Position numbers and translations under genes: made by a program
Virus record (IMG/VR): IMGVR_UViG_3300031555_010338
Origin: a virus
Lineage: Duplodnaviria; Caudoviricetes
Direction: 5' to 3' (one strand)
DNA length: 64,000 nt
Shown here: piece by piece, positions 48,294-57,723 of the stretch
Numbering within the stretch: position 1 is the stretch's first letter
Layout of the letters: every line of letters starts with the position of its first letter
The notes under the pieces: generated by a model
The model's database searches: none
Told to the model about the DNA's origin: nothing
Seen by the model: the letters and a program-made list of their open reading frames with translations, nothing else

Positions 48294-49097
48294 TTAGCAA
48301 CAGAAGCCGAAGGACACGCCACAACTGGTGCCGGCGCCGTTAAGGTTGGCGTCGCCGCCGCTGGAAACAGAACAGAAACTCGCGGAGATGCTGGAAAGAG
48401 GAGAACGCAGAAAATTCCATCGTCGATCTCCAAAATCGTCTTCCTTGTAGTATGGGACATCTTCCTGTTTATAGAACTCATACCACTTACCCTCTCCAGG
48501 GACAGAGTAAAAACATCTACCGTATAATTCCTTCTCGCTTTTCAACCACAGTTTACAGACACTCTTGACGATTTCCTTGCTACAGTTACCAGCGCTGGTC
48601 AACTTAATAACAGGCTTAATAATCGCCTGAATATCATCAGAACACAAATTGATAATCTCATCGTTTAACCTACGATTCATATCACAGGCATCCCAACCAC
48701 CACGATTCGTGCAGTCTTGATTCATCCGCATGTCTTCTTTGTAAATATTCACCATATCCCAAGAAATGGGAGCCTTACCGGAGCCATCAGCAAGATCGTC
48801 GTGGTCAAAACCAATAATCTGCCATACAGCAACGAAGCCGTTCTTCATGTAGTCCTTCTTCTGAGCGCCAAGAGCAAATGTCTCTCGCGCCTTACCAGAA
48901 CGACCAACATCATCAATTTTATCCCACGAAAGATGGTTGAGATCCTTCATTGGAAGCGCCATAGGCGCAACAAACCCAATGTCCAGCGGCTCATGCTTCA
49001 TCTCCGAACCAAAGTCGAATGTCACGACACCATTGTTACACGAGATATTCAAAGAGCCAAACCTTCCGATATCTTTCTCACTGATACTGACCTGCAT
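48294..49097 (-). CDS. DGR target 2: stand-alone DUF6273-like (C-type lectin-fold) protein
   Basis: Paralog of target 1 C-terminal domain (QIIGF.HD.LADG.G; N.GGW..C.M; LRSP...GVSFGFC). Confidence 0.85.
   Translation of the reverse strand: MQVSISEKDIGRFGSLNISCNNGVVTFDFGSEMKHEPLDIGFVAPMALPMKDLNHLSWDKIDDVGRSGKARETFALGAQKKDYMKNGFVAVWQIIGFDHDDLADGSGKAPISWDMVNIYKEDMRMNQDCTNRGGWDACDMNRRLNDEIINLCSDDIQAIIKPVIKLTSAGNCSKEIVKSVCKLWLKSEKELYGRCFYSVPGEGKWYEFYKQEDVPYYKEDDFGDRRWNFLRSPLSSISASFCSVSSGGDANLNGAGTSCGVSFGFCC
48301..48408 (-). repeat. DGR variable repeat VR2 (remote)
   Basis: Ungapped 108-nt match to TR 8692-8799 with 22 mismatches, all at TR adenines. Confidence 0.95.
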
Positions 49098-49130
49098 TCA
49101 TTAACACTCCCTTGTGTTGTTTAGTTACTT

Positions 49131-49766
49131 CCTTGAAAAATTCAATATCTCAATCACACTCATCATTCGGCCTTCGCCGTACCTCCATTACCTTCTTCCA
49201 ATCTTCTGCCACCAGGGAGACAAGTCTGAGCTTCGGGGAGCGACCCCTAACTTCTTGCCCCAGTCCCCGCCCTAAAAGAGCCGAACCACGAGTCCTGTGC
49301 GGGATTGTTTACCCGCAAATTTCACCGTTCGTTCAGAAATTGTTACTTTTACAATAACGCACCCAATTTGCATTATAGAAAGATCATCTTCTTCTCCGTC
49401 CTACGGCTACTTTAACCGGCGACTTTCGTTATAGCCGAATTTCTTCGACATCAAGACGGAAACGCATTGCTGGCTTTACCTCCGTCATTATGGCTGCCAC
49501 ACCATAACCCCATAGGCTTATTCTTCCACCGGAAGCGTCTATTGCTGCGCCCGAAAGTTCCGTGCATTTTGTAGCGATAACTCTTAGCACCACACATTTT
49601 TGTTGGCGGTTTCCGCCTCCCCACAATACATCGCTGCATCGCAGCCGCCCAGCAATAAAAGGTATCCCTCGTAAGCCAAACGGAAATTACTGCGTGTCTC
49701 TGAGTGCTGACGCACTTTGTTCACAGAGTTAATAATAAGCATGATTCAGATATTGAATTTTCAAGG
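49131..49766 (-). ncRNA. Large structured ncRNA, ROOL-like
   Basis: ~630 nt without a credible ORF, closed by a 25-bp terminal inverted repeat, many internal hairpins, inside a phage tRNA operon; family assignment from recalled similarity, not a search. Confidence 0.7.
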
Positions 49767-49771
49767 TTCTT

Positions 49772-49847
49772 TGGAGCTGGTGACAGGAATCGAACCCGCA
49801 ACCCACTGATTACAAATCAGTTGCGCTACCTGTTGCGCTACACCAGC
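49772..49847 (-). tRNA. tRNA-Thr(UGU)
   Basis: actga-UU-UGU-AA-tcagt. Confidence 0.92.
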
Positions 49848-49880
49848 AGATTGTTTAGTTAGTTCCTCTTGACAAGTATT

Positions 49881-49909
49881 ACTATACCAGACAGAAACCG
49901 ATTTGTCAA
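49881..49909 (-). promoter_or_regulatory. SigmaA promoter for the RNA island
   Basis: TTGACA-17 nt-TATAGT with extended -10 TG and AT-rich upstream element. Confidence 0.8.
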
Positions 49910-49940
49910 TAGGAATTAGCAAAATAATTTCAAAAATTTT

Positions 49941-50016
49941 TGGTGGCTGGGATCGGACTCGAACCGATGTCTCCAGCTTATGAGGCTGGCAAGAAAACCA
50001 ACTTCTCCACCCAGCC
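49941..50016 (-). tRNA. tRNA-Met(CAU) (elongator or Ile2)
   Basis: ccagc-CU-CAU-AA-gctgg, G1-C72. Confidence 0.88.
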
Positions 50017-50045
50017 ATAATTAGGCGGGGCGGATGCCCCACCTA

Positions 50046-50330
50046 TTATGCGTCTCTTACAGAGCGTGTAAGCTCGTCTCCAGGACGGAACACCACATTC
50101 TGAAAACTTGGAACCATAATGCGTTCCTTGGTTTCTGGATGCACCGCAGGATGAGCCTTAAACTCTTTTACTTCAAATGTACCAAATCCACGGATCGTCA
50201 CCTTTTCACCTCGGATAAGTGCCGCCTGGATTTCGTCAAAAATGTCGTCAATTACATTCTTGACAATATACTTCTTATTGCCCTGCTTACCAGCAACGGC
50301 ATTGATAAGATCCGTTTTATTCATACTCAC
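50046..50330 (-). CDS. hup: HU-family DNA-binding protein
   Basis: MNKTDLI...GEKVTIRGFGTFEV...P.T.E...VP...FRPG. Confidence 0.9.
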   Translation of the reverse strand: MSMNKTDLINAVAGKQGNKKYIVKNVIDDIFDEIQAALIRGEKVTIRGFGTFEVKEFKAHPAVHPETKERIMVPSFQNVVFRPGDELTRSVRDA

Positions 50331-51571
50331 GCCGCTTTGTCGCTCCTTTGCGGACGATAAGCACTGGTATCAAAATCAACATCGCAAAACGCTTTTACTC
50401 CGGTATAACTACATACGCAAATAAGCTGCTGCTGAGCGCCATAAATGCGCTTTCCTACGCAATAGTCATCCATACCAAGAAAGCTTCCTGCCATGATTGT
50501 TTTTACACCCTGTACATTGTCGATTTTGTTATGATGCAAATGGCCTGACAGAATTGCATATACTGGCTCTTTCGCCATTGTCTGCAAAGACTGAACTTTG
50601 CTTGCAGATCCATCATAATCGCCATGTACACCAAGATAGGTCTTCCCTCTGATGTCGAGCAGATACATAGTATCGTCTATCTTGCGATAGTGGTCAAACA
50701 CAATGTTCTCAAAATTCTGCAACCTTGCTTTCAGATACCACTCAACCAGATCATCCATTCGTTCATGCGGTGAAGCAAGCTCCTTCTCTTCCAATCTGGA
50801 ATGATTTCCAGCAACAGAAGAGAAATACACATGGCGGAAATGTTTGCTCAGTTCTGCAAGGAATTCAGAAATCAACTCAGAAACTCCTACAACCTGCTCA
50901 ATCACATTTTCTCGGTTAGATACCGCAATAGACTTATGAATATTGCCACTGATTAAGTCTCCATTTGCCCAAACATAGCAATTCTCTGCTCCATATCGTT
51001 CTGCCGTCTCAACAATGCTGACAAGATACTCTTGCAGCAACTGCCGGCACACATCAGAATTATAATAATTCCAGTAATTGTCTACACATGCGCCAAAATG
51101 CAGATCATTCAAGCTGACAAGCAAATCGCTGTCAGAAGCTTCAACAGAATTAGGCGCATATACAAGCTGAGGGATCACGCCATTCGTGATTGCTCGTTCC
51201 AGGATATCTGCATTCTCATCTTCACGAGCCATCTTACGCACAACCTTATTCAGCGCATTGCGCTGGTCAAAGAATCGCTGACGCTCCTTCTGGAATTCAA
51301 GCATCTTACGATCAAGCTCACTCAGATACGATGTCTCATCACCACTCTGGGCATACTTTGTTTTGAAATACTTCATCACATTGTAACCGGAATACGGTGT
51401 GACGTTCGCAGCCTTACGCAAGCTGTCATAGTGGATATTCAGGCCAAGCAGATCTACAATATCAGACCATTCAAGATCTGTTGGGTTTTGCTCAACCTTT
51501 GTTTCAATCAGGCGAAGACCGTACTCATACTCGCTTTCGTTTTCAAGCCGATTATATTTTGGATTCATCAT
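50327..51571 (-). CDS. Metallophosphoesterase-domain protein
   Basis: DLHFG, GDLISG, GNH, HGD, GHLH motifs; start moved to ATG 51571. Confidence 0.85.
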   Translation of the reverse strand: MMNPKYNRLENESEYEYGLRLIETKVEQNPTDLEWSDIVDLLGLNIHYDSLRKAANVTPYSGYNVMKYFKTKYAQSGDETSYLSELDRKMLEFQKERQRFFDQRNALNKVVRKMAREDENADILERAITNGVIPQLVYAPNSVEASDSDLLVSLNDLHFGACVDNYWNYYNSDVCRQLLQEYLVSIVETAERYGAENCYVWANGDLISGNIHKSIAVSNRENVIEQVVGVSELISEFLAELSKHFRHVYFSSVAGNHSRLEEKELASPHERMDDLVEWYLKARLQNFENIVFDHYRKIDDTMYLLDIRGKTYLGVHGDYDGSASKVQSLQTMAKEPVYAILSGHLHHNKIDNVQGVKTIMAGSFLGMDDYCVGKRIYGAQQQLICVCSYTGVKAFCDVDFDTSAYRPQRSDKAA

Positions 51572-51765
51572 TCGTCCCTCCCGTCTGGTGGTATAGGGAC
51601 GATTCTGTGAATTGACAGCGTAATACCTACTACACCGTCCCATCGTTTCAAAAACTCGGTCAGACTATAACTTCTAACAAAATCTTTTCCGTACTCCGTT
51701 ATCGTCATGTCTTTTGTGTCAATGATGGCGTTTGTAAAGCTTTCACTTTTCAACGTCTGCGCCAT
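51568..51765 (-). CDS. YonK-like small protein
   Basis: 65 aa, ITE..KD....YSL...L..W.G pattern; SPbeta-like synteny. Confidence 0.5.
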   Translation of the reverse strand: MAQTLKSESFTNAIIDTKDMTITEYGKDFVRSYSLTEFLKRWDGVVGITLSIHRIVPIPPDGRDE

Positions 51766-51766
51766 C

Positions 51767-52000
51767 TCATTGACCTCTCTGCTGAATCAGGCGCTTACGC
51801 TTCAATTCTCGCTCACGATCAATTCTCGCTACGATCTCAGCCGCCGCATGGTTTGTACCAGCAATCGCCCTCATCATACTCTCATTCTCTGTTGCATAGT
51901 AATGATGCCGCTTGGAGTCCTGCATCATCGTTCTCGTTACTTTGTACTCAGGATACAGTTCCCGAAGCACACGAGCCTCTTCCTTTGTCACTGGAATCAT
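51767..52000 (-). CDS. Hypothetical protein
   Basis: 77 aa with AAGGA RBS. Confidence 0.65.
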   Translation of the reverse strand: MIPVTKEEARVLRELYPEYKVTRTMMQDSKRHHYYATENESMMRAIAGTNHAAAEIVARIDRERELKRKRLIQQRGQ

Positions 52001-52257
52001 GTAATTTTCAGTCCTTCTTTATAAGATGTCCCAGGCTGTGAGGATAAACCCCACAGCCATACGGACGGGAGATGCCGATTATCTTAATAAAAACGGTTTT
52101 CTTCCCTTATAGGTATTTATCGTTTTGGGACAGAAAACATCGTTGATGAACGACCACAACTAAGCCAAAAGTCAATTTTTATCGACTTATTTGTGCGCTT
52201 TAACAAGCGTTGTTCAACGGCATTTTGTCAAAGCCGGACTTCAAAATAAAAACCGTC

Positions 52258-55035
52258 TTAATTCTTATGACTTTGGTAATATCTGGCGTTTCGCTTAGCT
52301 CTTTTCTCCTTATCCCGCACATCTTGACAAGCGTCGCAGCGCTTCTTGTTCTTCACAATTCCATCGACCTCGAAATCCTTTCCGCAATCAATACAGCGAA
52401 TGGTCTTTTTGACAATAGGATGATAGACGGCGCAATTATTACAAAGCTTCTGCTGCGCAGTCATCGGAACAAAGCGCTCTCCGCATTTCTTACACTGGAT
52501 AGATCCATCTGGCAGATTATTCCGAAGGTTGGTCAAAACCATATCGCCAAAACACATCCAGAAAACATTTTTCCGTTTACTCTGTTTGGTGTGGAAAAGA
52601 TACTTTACGAGAACATCACATACATCCTTCATGTCGTACCCAAGAGCGGCGAATCGCTCCAAAATCATATCTCGCACATATGCAAGGTTTGTCATATCGT
52701 CATAGAAGCTGATTGCGTAACGATACTGTTTTTCGATTTCGTTATATAAGTCAACAACGTCCTGTAACATACTCACCTTCAAGGAAGGATTATTGAGCAT
52801 GTACTGATATCGAAAAACACCAATGTTCCTTGCAGAAAAGGACATACGCTTGTTTGGAACGATTGCTTCCAGACGGTTTACTGCACTGTAATTCAACCGC
52901 TGTACTCTGCCGCCATCCTTTTTCTTCGCATATACAAAGAAATGTGGGGCTTTCATGCTGGTAATTCTCGCCAGTCTTGCGTTTACATCGTCCGGACGAG
53001 TTGGCTTAAACAAAGTCTTCGCATAGTCAATACAGAAGTTGTTCTCCATACACAAGATCTTAATAGCGTCGATATCTACATCGTCGCTGTTCCAGATTTT
53101 CGTGATGTCGTTGCTGATAACACCGATATTGCCTCCAGTCCAGGCCGCACGAAGACCTTTGAATATCTCTTCATTTGTTATGGTGACAGCGCCGGCCTTT
53201 GCCATCTCATAATACAGAGGGACAATGCCTTCCATGTTTCGCTCCGCGATTTCTACCAAAAGACGATCCGCGCATACAAGGCTCTTATCTCCATCGCAGT
53301 CAAACTGCAAAATCTTTGAAATAAGATCATGACAACTCGTATAAATAGCGTTTGGAGTAAACCACTTTCTTGTCATTGGTGTAACGACATTACGCCGTAC
53401 TGCATGTTCTCTATACAAATGTGGCGAACGCAAACAATCCAGCTTCTCAATATTGCGATAAAGATAGCAAGATACCTCGCCATCAGCCAGCAAACCCTTT
53501 GGATCTCGATTACCAAGGAAAAGCCACTCGCAAAATGCGTACAAATCAGGAATTAAGAACATATACTTCGCAGACAAATCCAGCTTTGCTGCCTTTGCCT
53601 CTTGCACCAGGTTCTTTTTTATCTGTCGAAGCATTTCCTTTGTGTACGGATCAGAAAGAAGCTCTGGATAAATCTGCAAACACTCCTGAAAGGCATTTTT
53701 GTTTTTGAACTGAGAAGAAGCACCGAAAACATCAAGCATGGTTTCACGATCAGACGCGATCCTAACAATCTTGTCAACGGACTTCTCAGCAAGTGACTGC
53801 AGCTCTTCTTCCGTAATATCTGTCAGTGTCTGAAGCATCTGATAATTCAGCTTTGCGTCAGGAAGAAAGTCTTCTTCCTCATTGCACTTGCCAGCCGTGC
53901 ATCCATTTTCAAGATACATCGCAATATACTCATTCCAACTTTCGTAGTATTTGTACATCTTGAACTGGCTTTTAGTAAAAATTACCTCAATGCCCTCAGC
54001 AATGATATCATGCTCTTTCCCGTAAATATCCTTTACAACGCCATGGCTTACACTCGGATCGTTCTGATCTGCCTCTCTTATAAATCGGTCAAACGGGAAT
54101 ACCGCAAGAAGACCTTTTACCCAAGGCAAACGAACCATTGTGTTTTTGGGACAGCAGGTAGGTAGCACCATGCCGCACCCATCTGTATGTGTGATTGGGA
54201 TATCCATTTGCTTTCGCTCTGTCTGATATGTTCGGTGGTCAATAAAATCCACTGTGCCAGCAACCAATGTTTCCATATCATCGACTACGATAGACTTTTG
54301 AATATCAAAACCATCCCAAGGATCTGTTGCACTATTGCAAAGAGCAAGGTAAGCAAGATATTTATTGATGTTAATACCTCCGCGCTCATTGATGCTATCA
54401 ACTGTCAGGCCACACATCAGAGTTTTTTGATACTTCTCCCAAACCTTCTCTTTGATGAACACTGTTTTCTTTGTTCGGATCTGGCCGGCAGAAGCAGTAA
54501 AGCAAATATAACGCTCTCCGTTGTAGGTATATCCATTCAGAATCATATCTTCAATGACATCGAAGTAATATGTACGAATAACCATGAAATCGTCATACAG
54601 CTTGCCGGTTTGCATACCAAGGGTTCTTGTCAACATCGACTCAAACACAGAGATGATGTTCTTATCGATTACATACTCGCTTCTCAACTCTCTCGTCTCC
54701 CTATGTTTCTGCAACAGAGAAACAAGCTCATCCTTATACAGCTTCATCGCTGTATTTTTGCCCTTCAGCTCTTTGTTGATCTGGCGAATACGATCCTTGT
54801 CGCCTATTTCTACCTGCTCATCACGGCGAATCTTATACAGCGCACGATACTGAGACTGAGCCTTTTCGAGTGAAAGTCCGCCGTAGTGATAGCTTGATAG
54901 TATTTCCCGCTCTGCCTTCAACTTGTTCTTTTCGTTGCAGAGCTTGTTTATTTCAATCTCCAGCTTGCGCTCTTCGTCCGTATAAAACGCACTGGTATCA
55001 AAGCTGTAGATATGGATTTGCTTATCGAGACTTAT
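52258..55035 (-). CDS. YonO-like single-subunit RNA polymerase (RdRP-like fold) with C-terminal zinc fingers
   Basis: TDGCG, RLPWVKG, RSPH, QFDCDGD catalytic motif; frame stays open to ATA 55035 behind AAGGAGG. Confidence 0.88.
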   Translation of the reverse strand: MSLDKQIHIYSFDTSAFYTDEERKLEIEINKLCNEKNKLKAEREILSSYHYGGLSLEKAQSQYRALYKIRRDEQVEIGDKDRIRQINKELKGKNTAMKLYKDELVSLLQKHRETRELRSEYVIDKNIISVFESMLTRTLGMQTGKLYDDFMVIRTYYFDVIEDMILNGYTYNGERYICFTASAGQIRTKKTVFIKEKVWEKYQKTLMCGLTVDSINERGGININKYLAYLALCNSATDPWDGFDIQKSIVVDDMETLVAGTVDFIDHRTYQTERKQMDIPITHTDGCGMVLPTCCPKNTMVRLPWVKGLLAVFPFDRFIREADQNDPSVSHGVVKDIYGKEHDIIAEGIEVIFTKSQFKMYKYYESWNEYIAMYLENGCTAGKCNEEEDFLPDAKLNYQMLQTLTDITEEELQSLAEKSVDKIVRIASDRETMLDVFGASSQFKNKNAFQECLQIYPELLSDPYTKEMLRQIKKNLVQEAKAAKLDLSAKYMFLIPDLYAFCEWLFLGNRDPKGLLADGEVSCYLYRNIEKLDCLRSPHLYREHAVRRNVVTPMTRKWFTPNAIYTSCHDLISKILQFDCDGDKSLVCADRLLVEIAERNMEGIVPLYYEMAKAGAVTITNEEIFKGLRAAWTGGNIGVISNDITKIWNSDDVDIDAIKILCMENNFCIDYAKTLFKPTRPDDVNARLARITSMKAPHFFVYAKKKDGGRVQRLNYSAVNRLEAIVPNKRMSFSARNIGVFRYQYMLNNPSLKVSMLQDVVDLYNEIEKQYRYAISFYDDMTNLAYVRDMILERFAALGYDMKDVCDVLVKYLFHTKQSKRKNVFWMCFGDMVLTNLRNNLPDGSIQCKKCGERFVPMTAQQKLCNNCAVYHPIVKKTIRCIDCGKDFEVDGIVKNKKRCDACQDVRDKEKRAKRNARYYQSHKN

Positions 55036-55053
55036 AATGCAACCCTCCTTGGG

Positions 55054-55392
55054 TTATTCTTCTACCTTAATGAGATCGCCTGTCCAGAACAACCAAGTAG
55101 GCTCTTCTTTCAAACTTACGACGGTTTTCAACTTTCCGCCGCGTTCATCACGACTTACCGTAAAAATCTGTTCCGTATTATTTTCTACGAACTGCTTATA
55201 TTGTTCTGACAGCCTATCGTAATCGGCGTGTCCCTGGATAGCCTTCAAGTTCAGTCTTACTTTGTCGCCGTCTTCCAGATCCACTGGAGACACATCCATT
55301 TCTTTCAGCCGCAAATATACGTCAGCGATGCGCTTATCTACGCCCTTCTTTTTCGCAGCCTTCACGAAATTTCTCTTCTGCTTTCGATTCAT
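55054..55392 (-). CDS. Hypothetical protein
   Basis: 112 aa, translationally coupled. Confidence 0.65.
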   Translation of the reverse strand: MNRKQKRNFVKAAKKKGVDKRIADVYLRLKEMDVSPVDLEDGDKVRLNLKAIQGHADYDRLSEQYKQFVENNTEQIFTVSRDERGGKLKTVVSLKEEPTWLFWTGDLIKVEE

Positions 55393-55946
55393 CAGGCAAC
55401 TCCCTTTTGGTTCAGATAGGTTTCCAGAGAGTCCAAAATCTCTTCAACAAATGCGATCCAGTTGGGATCGATGCGAATCTCATTCTTATGGATGCGGTAA
55501 TACTGCGGAGCAGAGTCGCCCATGACATAGCCCATTGCCTGCCAGTCACAAATCATCTCCAGATATGCGCACAGCTTCTCATCAACACCGCCATAGTTAA
55601 TGAAAGTGCCGTCCTCTGCCACCCAATACTGCCAATGGTGGTCGTTTCGGGAGTAATGGCATCTCCACGCCTGCTCATACGCAGCTTCATTTACAGTCTC
55701 ACCATCAATGGGGTAGAAATGCTGACGATACGGCAGGAACTCTTCCTCGCTCATCTTACTGTCATCATGCCGGCGCACACGCCAATTCATTTCGTTAATA
55801 ATACAGTCTCTCTGCAGCAGAGGGATATCCTTCAGTGCCTCTTTCAGCTCAGCCCACGCAAGAATAATGTTCTTCTTGTGCTGCTCGATATAGGCCATAT
55901 ACTCGCTTGTCTTTTCCATCCAAGCACCCTTATTAAACTCGCTCAT
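55392..55946 (-). CDS. HD-like domain protein (DUF5662-like)
   Basis: H...HDDSK...HY.RNDHHW...EMICDW. Confidence 0.7.
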   Translation of the reverse strand: MSEFNKGAWMEKTSEYMAYIEQHKKNIILAWAELKEALKDIPLLQRDCIINEMNWRVRRHDDSKMSEEEFLPYRQHFYPIDGETVNEAAYEQAWRCHYSRNDHHWQYWVAEDGTFINYGGVDEKLCAYLEMICDWQAMGYVMGDSAPQYYRIHKNEIRIDPNWIAFVEEILDSLETYLNQKGVA

Positions 55947-55959
55947 ACCGTTCTCCTTC

Positions 55960-57123
55960 CTATGCGAACATAGATCTTAACTTTTTGATGTTTTTGGCAA
56001 GCAGCAACGCCGCAGTCTCTACATCGTCGCTCGTATTGCTTGAACCAAAAGAAATCCGTATCGTGCAATGCGCATCTTTAGCGCTCATACCGATGGCCGT
56101 TAAAACATGGCTTGGCTCCAAAGAACCTGCGGAGCAAGCAGAAGCCGCAGAAATGCAAACTCCATCCGCATCCATAAGTCGTAACAACGCTTCCGCTTCA
56201 ATTCCAGTGTTTGTTATGCTCAAAATATTCGGCAGGCACATACCATCGAAATCCGAATTGACGCGGTACATACACCCGTTATCTTCCATAGCCTTAACAA
56301 ACGTGCTTTTAAGATATGCGTATCTTCGGATATATTCAGAAAGATAATCCTGCGTATTACGCGCCGCTGCACCAAGTCCAACAATAGCAGCCACGCTCTC
56401 TGTGCCAGAACGCATTCCTCGTTCCTGACCTCCACCGATGATAATTGGTGAGATATTCTTCATAACAGAAGCCTTGACATATAGTGCGCCGATACCCTGT
56501 ACTGTACCAAACTTATGTCCGCTCATGGACAGCAGATCAACGCCAAGCGACTTCACATCTACCACCATATGTCCAACCGCCTGTACAGCATCTGTATGTA
56601 CCAAGCAATCACACTGATGGCAGATAGATGAAATAACAGACATTTTCTGTACCACACCAATCTCATTATTTGCAAGCATCACGCTTACAAGGCCGACATC
56701 ACCAACCTGCAAATACTCATGGAGAACAGACACATTTACTCTTCCAAACTGGTCAACTGGTAAAATCTTTACTGTCATACCAGCATCGGCCAGCGGCTTT
56801 TGCAAGTTTAGAATCGCATGATGTTCGATGGCGCTTATCACAACGGTTGTCTTGCCAATCCTTTTCAAATATGGAACCATACCCATAATCGCCATATTGT
56901 CTGACTCAGTTCCACCAGAAGTAAAGATGATTTCTTCCTTCTTGTCGGCGTTAATGAGCCGCATTACATCATGCCTCGCTCCTTCGATTGCTTCTTTTGC
57001 GGCTCTTCCTGCCGAATGCAGCGTACTCGGATTGCCAAAATGTTCCCCATCCAACCACGGCAGCATTGCCATGCGAACGGAAGGGAGAACTCTGGTTGTA
57101 GCTGCATGATCCAAATAAATCAT
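55960..57123 (-). CDS. iscS: Cysteine desulfurase (IscS/NifS family)
   Basis: IYLDHAATT, FTSGGTESDN, HTDAVQ, SGHK (PLP Lys), SACSAG (catalytic Cys). Confidence 0.93.
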   Translation of the reverse strand: MIYLDHAATTRVLPSVRMAMLPWLDGEHFGNPSTLHSAGRAAKEAIEGARHDVMRLINADKKEEIIFTSGGTESDNMAIMGMVPYLKRIGKTTVVISAIEHHAILNLQKPLADAGMTVKILPVDQFGRVNVSVLHEYLQVGDVGLVSVMLANNEIGVVQKMSVISSICHQCDCLVHTDAVQAVGHMVVDVKSLGVDLLSMSGHKFGTVQGIGALYVKASVMKNISPIIIGGGQERGMRSGTESVAAIVGLGAAARNTQDYLSEYIRRYAYLKSTFVKAMEDNGCMYRVNSDFDGMCLPNILSITNTGIEAEALLRLMDADGVCISAASACSAGSLEPSHVLTAIGMSAKDAHCTIRISFGSSNTSDDVETAALLLAKNIKKLRSMFA

Positions 57124-57215
57124 AAATCTCACCATCCTCGGCTGGGACGGGCGTTAGCCCGTCCGTAGCCATCGATAACAAAAATATTGGATACTAACAA
57201 CTGGTTTGTTAGTGT

Positions 57216-57392
57216 TTAGCCATTTGCCTCTTGGACAACAGAACGATATTCTTCGTCGTTCTCCTTCAAGATGTTTTGATAATATAGAATGTCGCTCTCC
57301 TGATTTGTCGGAGTGTAGTCCTCACATCGGGCGCTTGACTTGCAACTGTCTTCCCAGAGACATCCGCGACATGTATTCTCGTCATGTTTCAT
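57216..57392 (-). CDS. Small Cys-rich protein (58 aa, not in ORF track)
   Basis: MKHDENTCRGCLWEDSC...C...EANG*; starts immediately after the upstream stop. Confidence 0.55.
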   Translation of the reverse strand: MKHDENTCRGCLWEDSCKSSARCEDYTPTNQESDILYYQNILKENDEEYRSVVQEANG

Positions 57393-57393
57393 A

Positions 57394-57723
57394 CTAAATC
57401 GATTCCTTTCCTTGACCTACATGCGCATTCTCATCTCCAATCTTCTCTAATCGTTTCTTCCTGCCCTGTTCAAGACGCGCCTTTGACGCTTCTATCTGCG
57501 CCTGTGTAAGACAAACTTTCTTTTTGGGTTTTACCTTGAACCACGATGCTGGGATATGAGCCAACAGACTGCCATCTTCGTTGACATGTCTGATCTCTAC
57601 CTCGTCGGGATACTGCTCTTTCAGCTTCCAAATGAGATTGATCCACTTCTTCTCACTGCTGTAAAAACTTGCGTAATCCTCGCCAGCTACATGGTCGATT
57701 GCTGTTTCTCTGATTTCGCTCAA
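57394..57723 (-). CDS. Hypothetical protein
   Basis: 109 aa, coupled to neighbour. Confidence 0.65.
   Translation of the reverse strand: MSEIRETAIDHVAGEDYASFYSSEKKWINLIWKLKEQYPDEVEIRHVNEDGSLLAHIPASWFKVKPKKKVCLTQAQIEASKARLEQGRKKRLEKIGDENAHVGQGKESI

Noticed and set aside
43519-50042. Many short ORFs in the RNA island (e.g. 46358-46774, 46721-47620, 49761-50042)
   Set aside because: They overlap clear tRNA, tmRNA or ncRNA genes and lack RBS or recognisable motifs
52080-52260. AATAAAAAC(G/C)GT(T/C)TT pair as YonO late promoter elements
   Set aside because: Only two AT-rich copies and no clear recurrence ahead of other late genes; too weak to call
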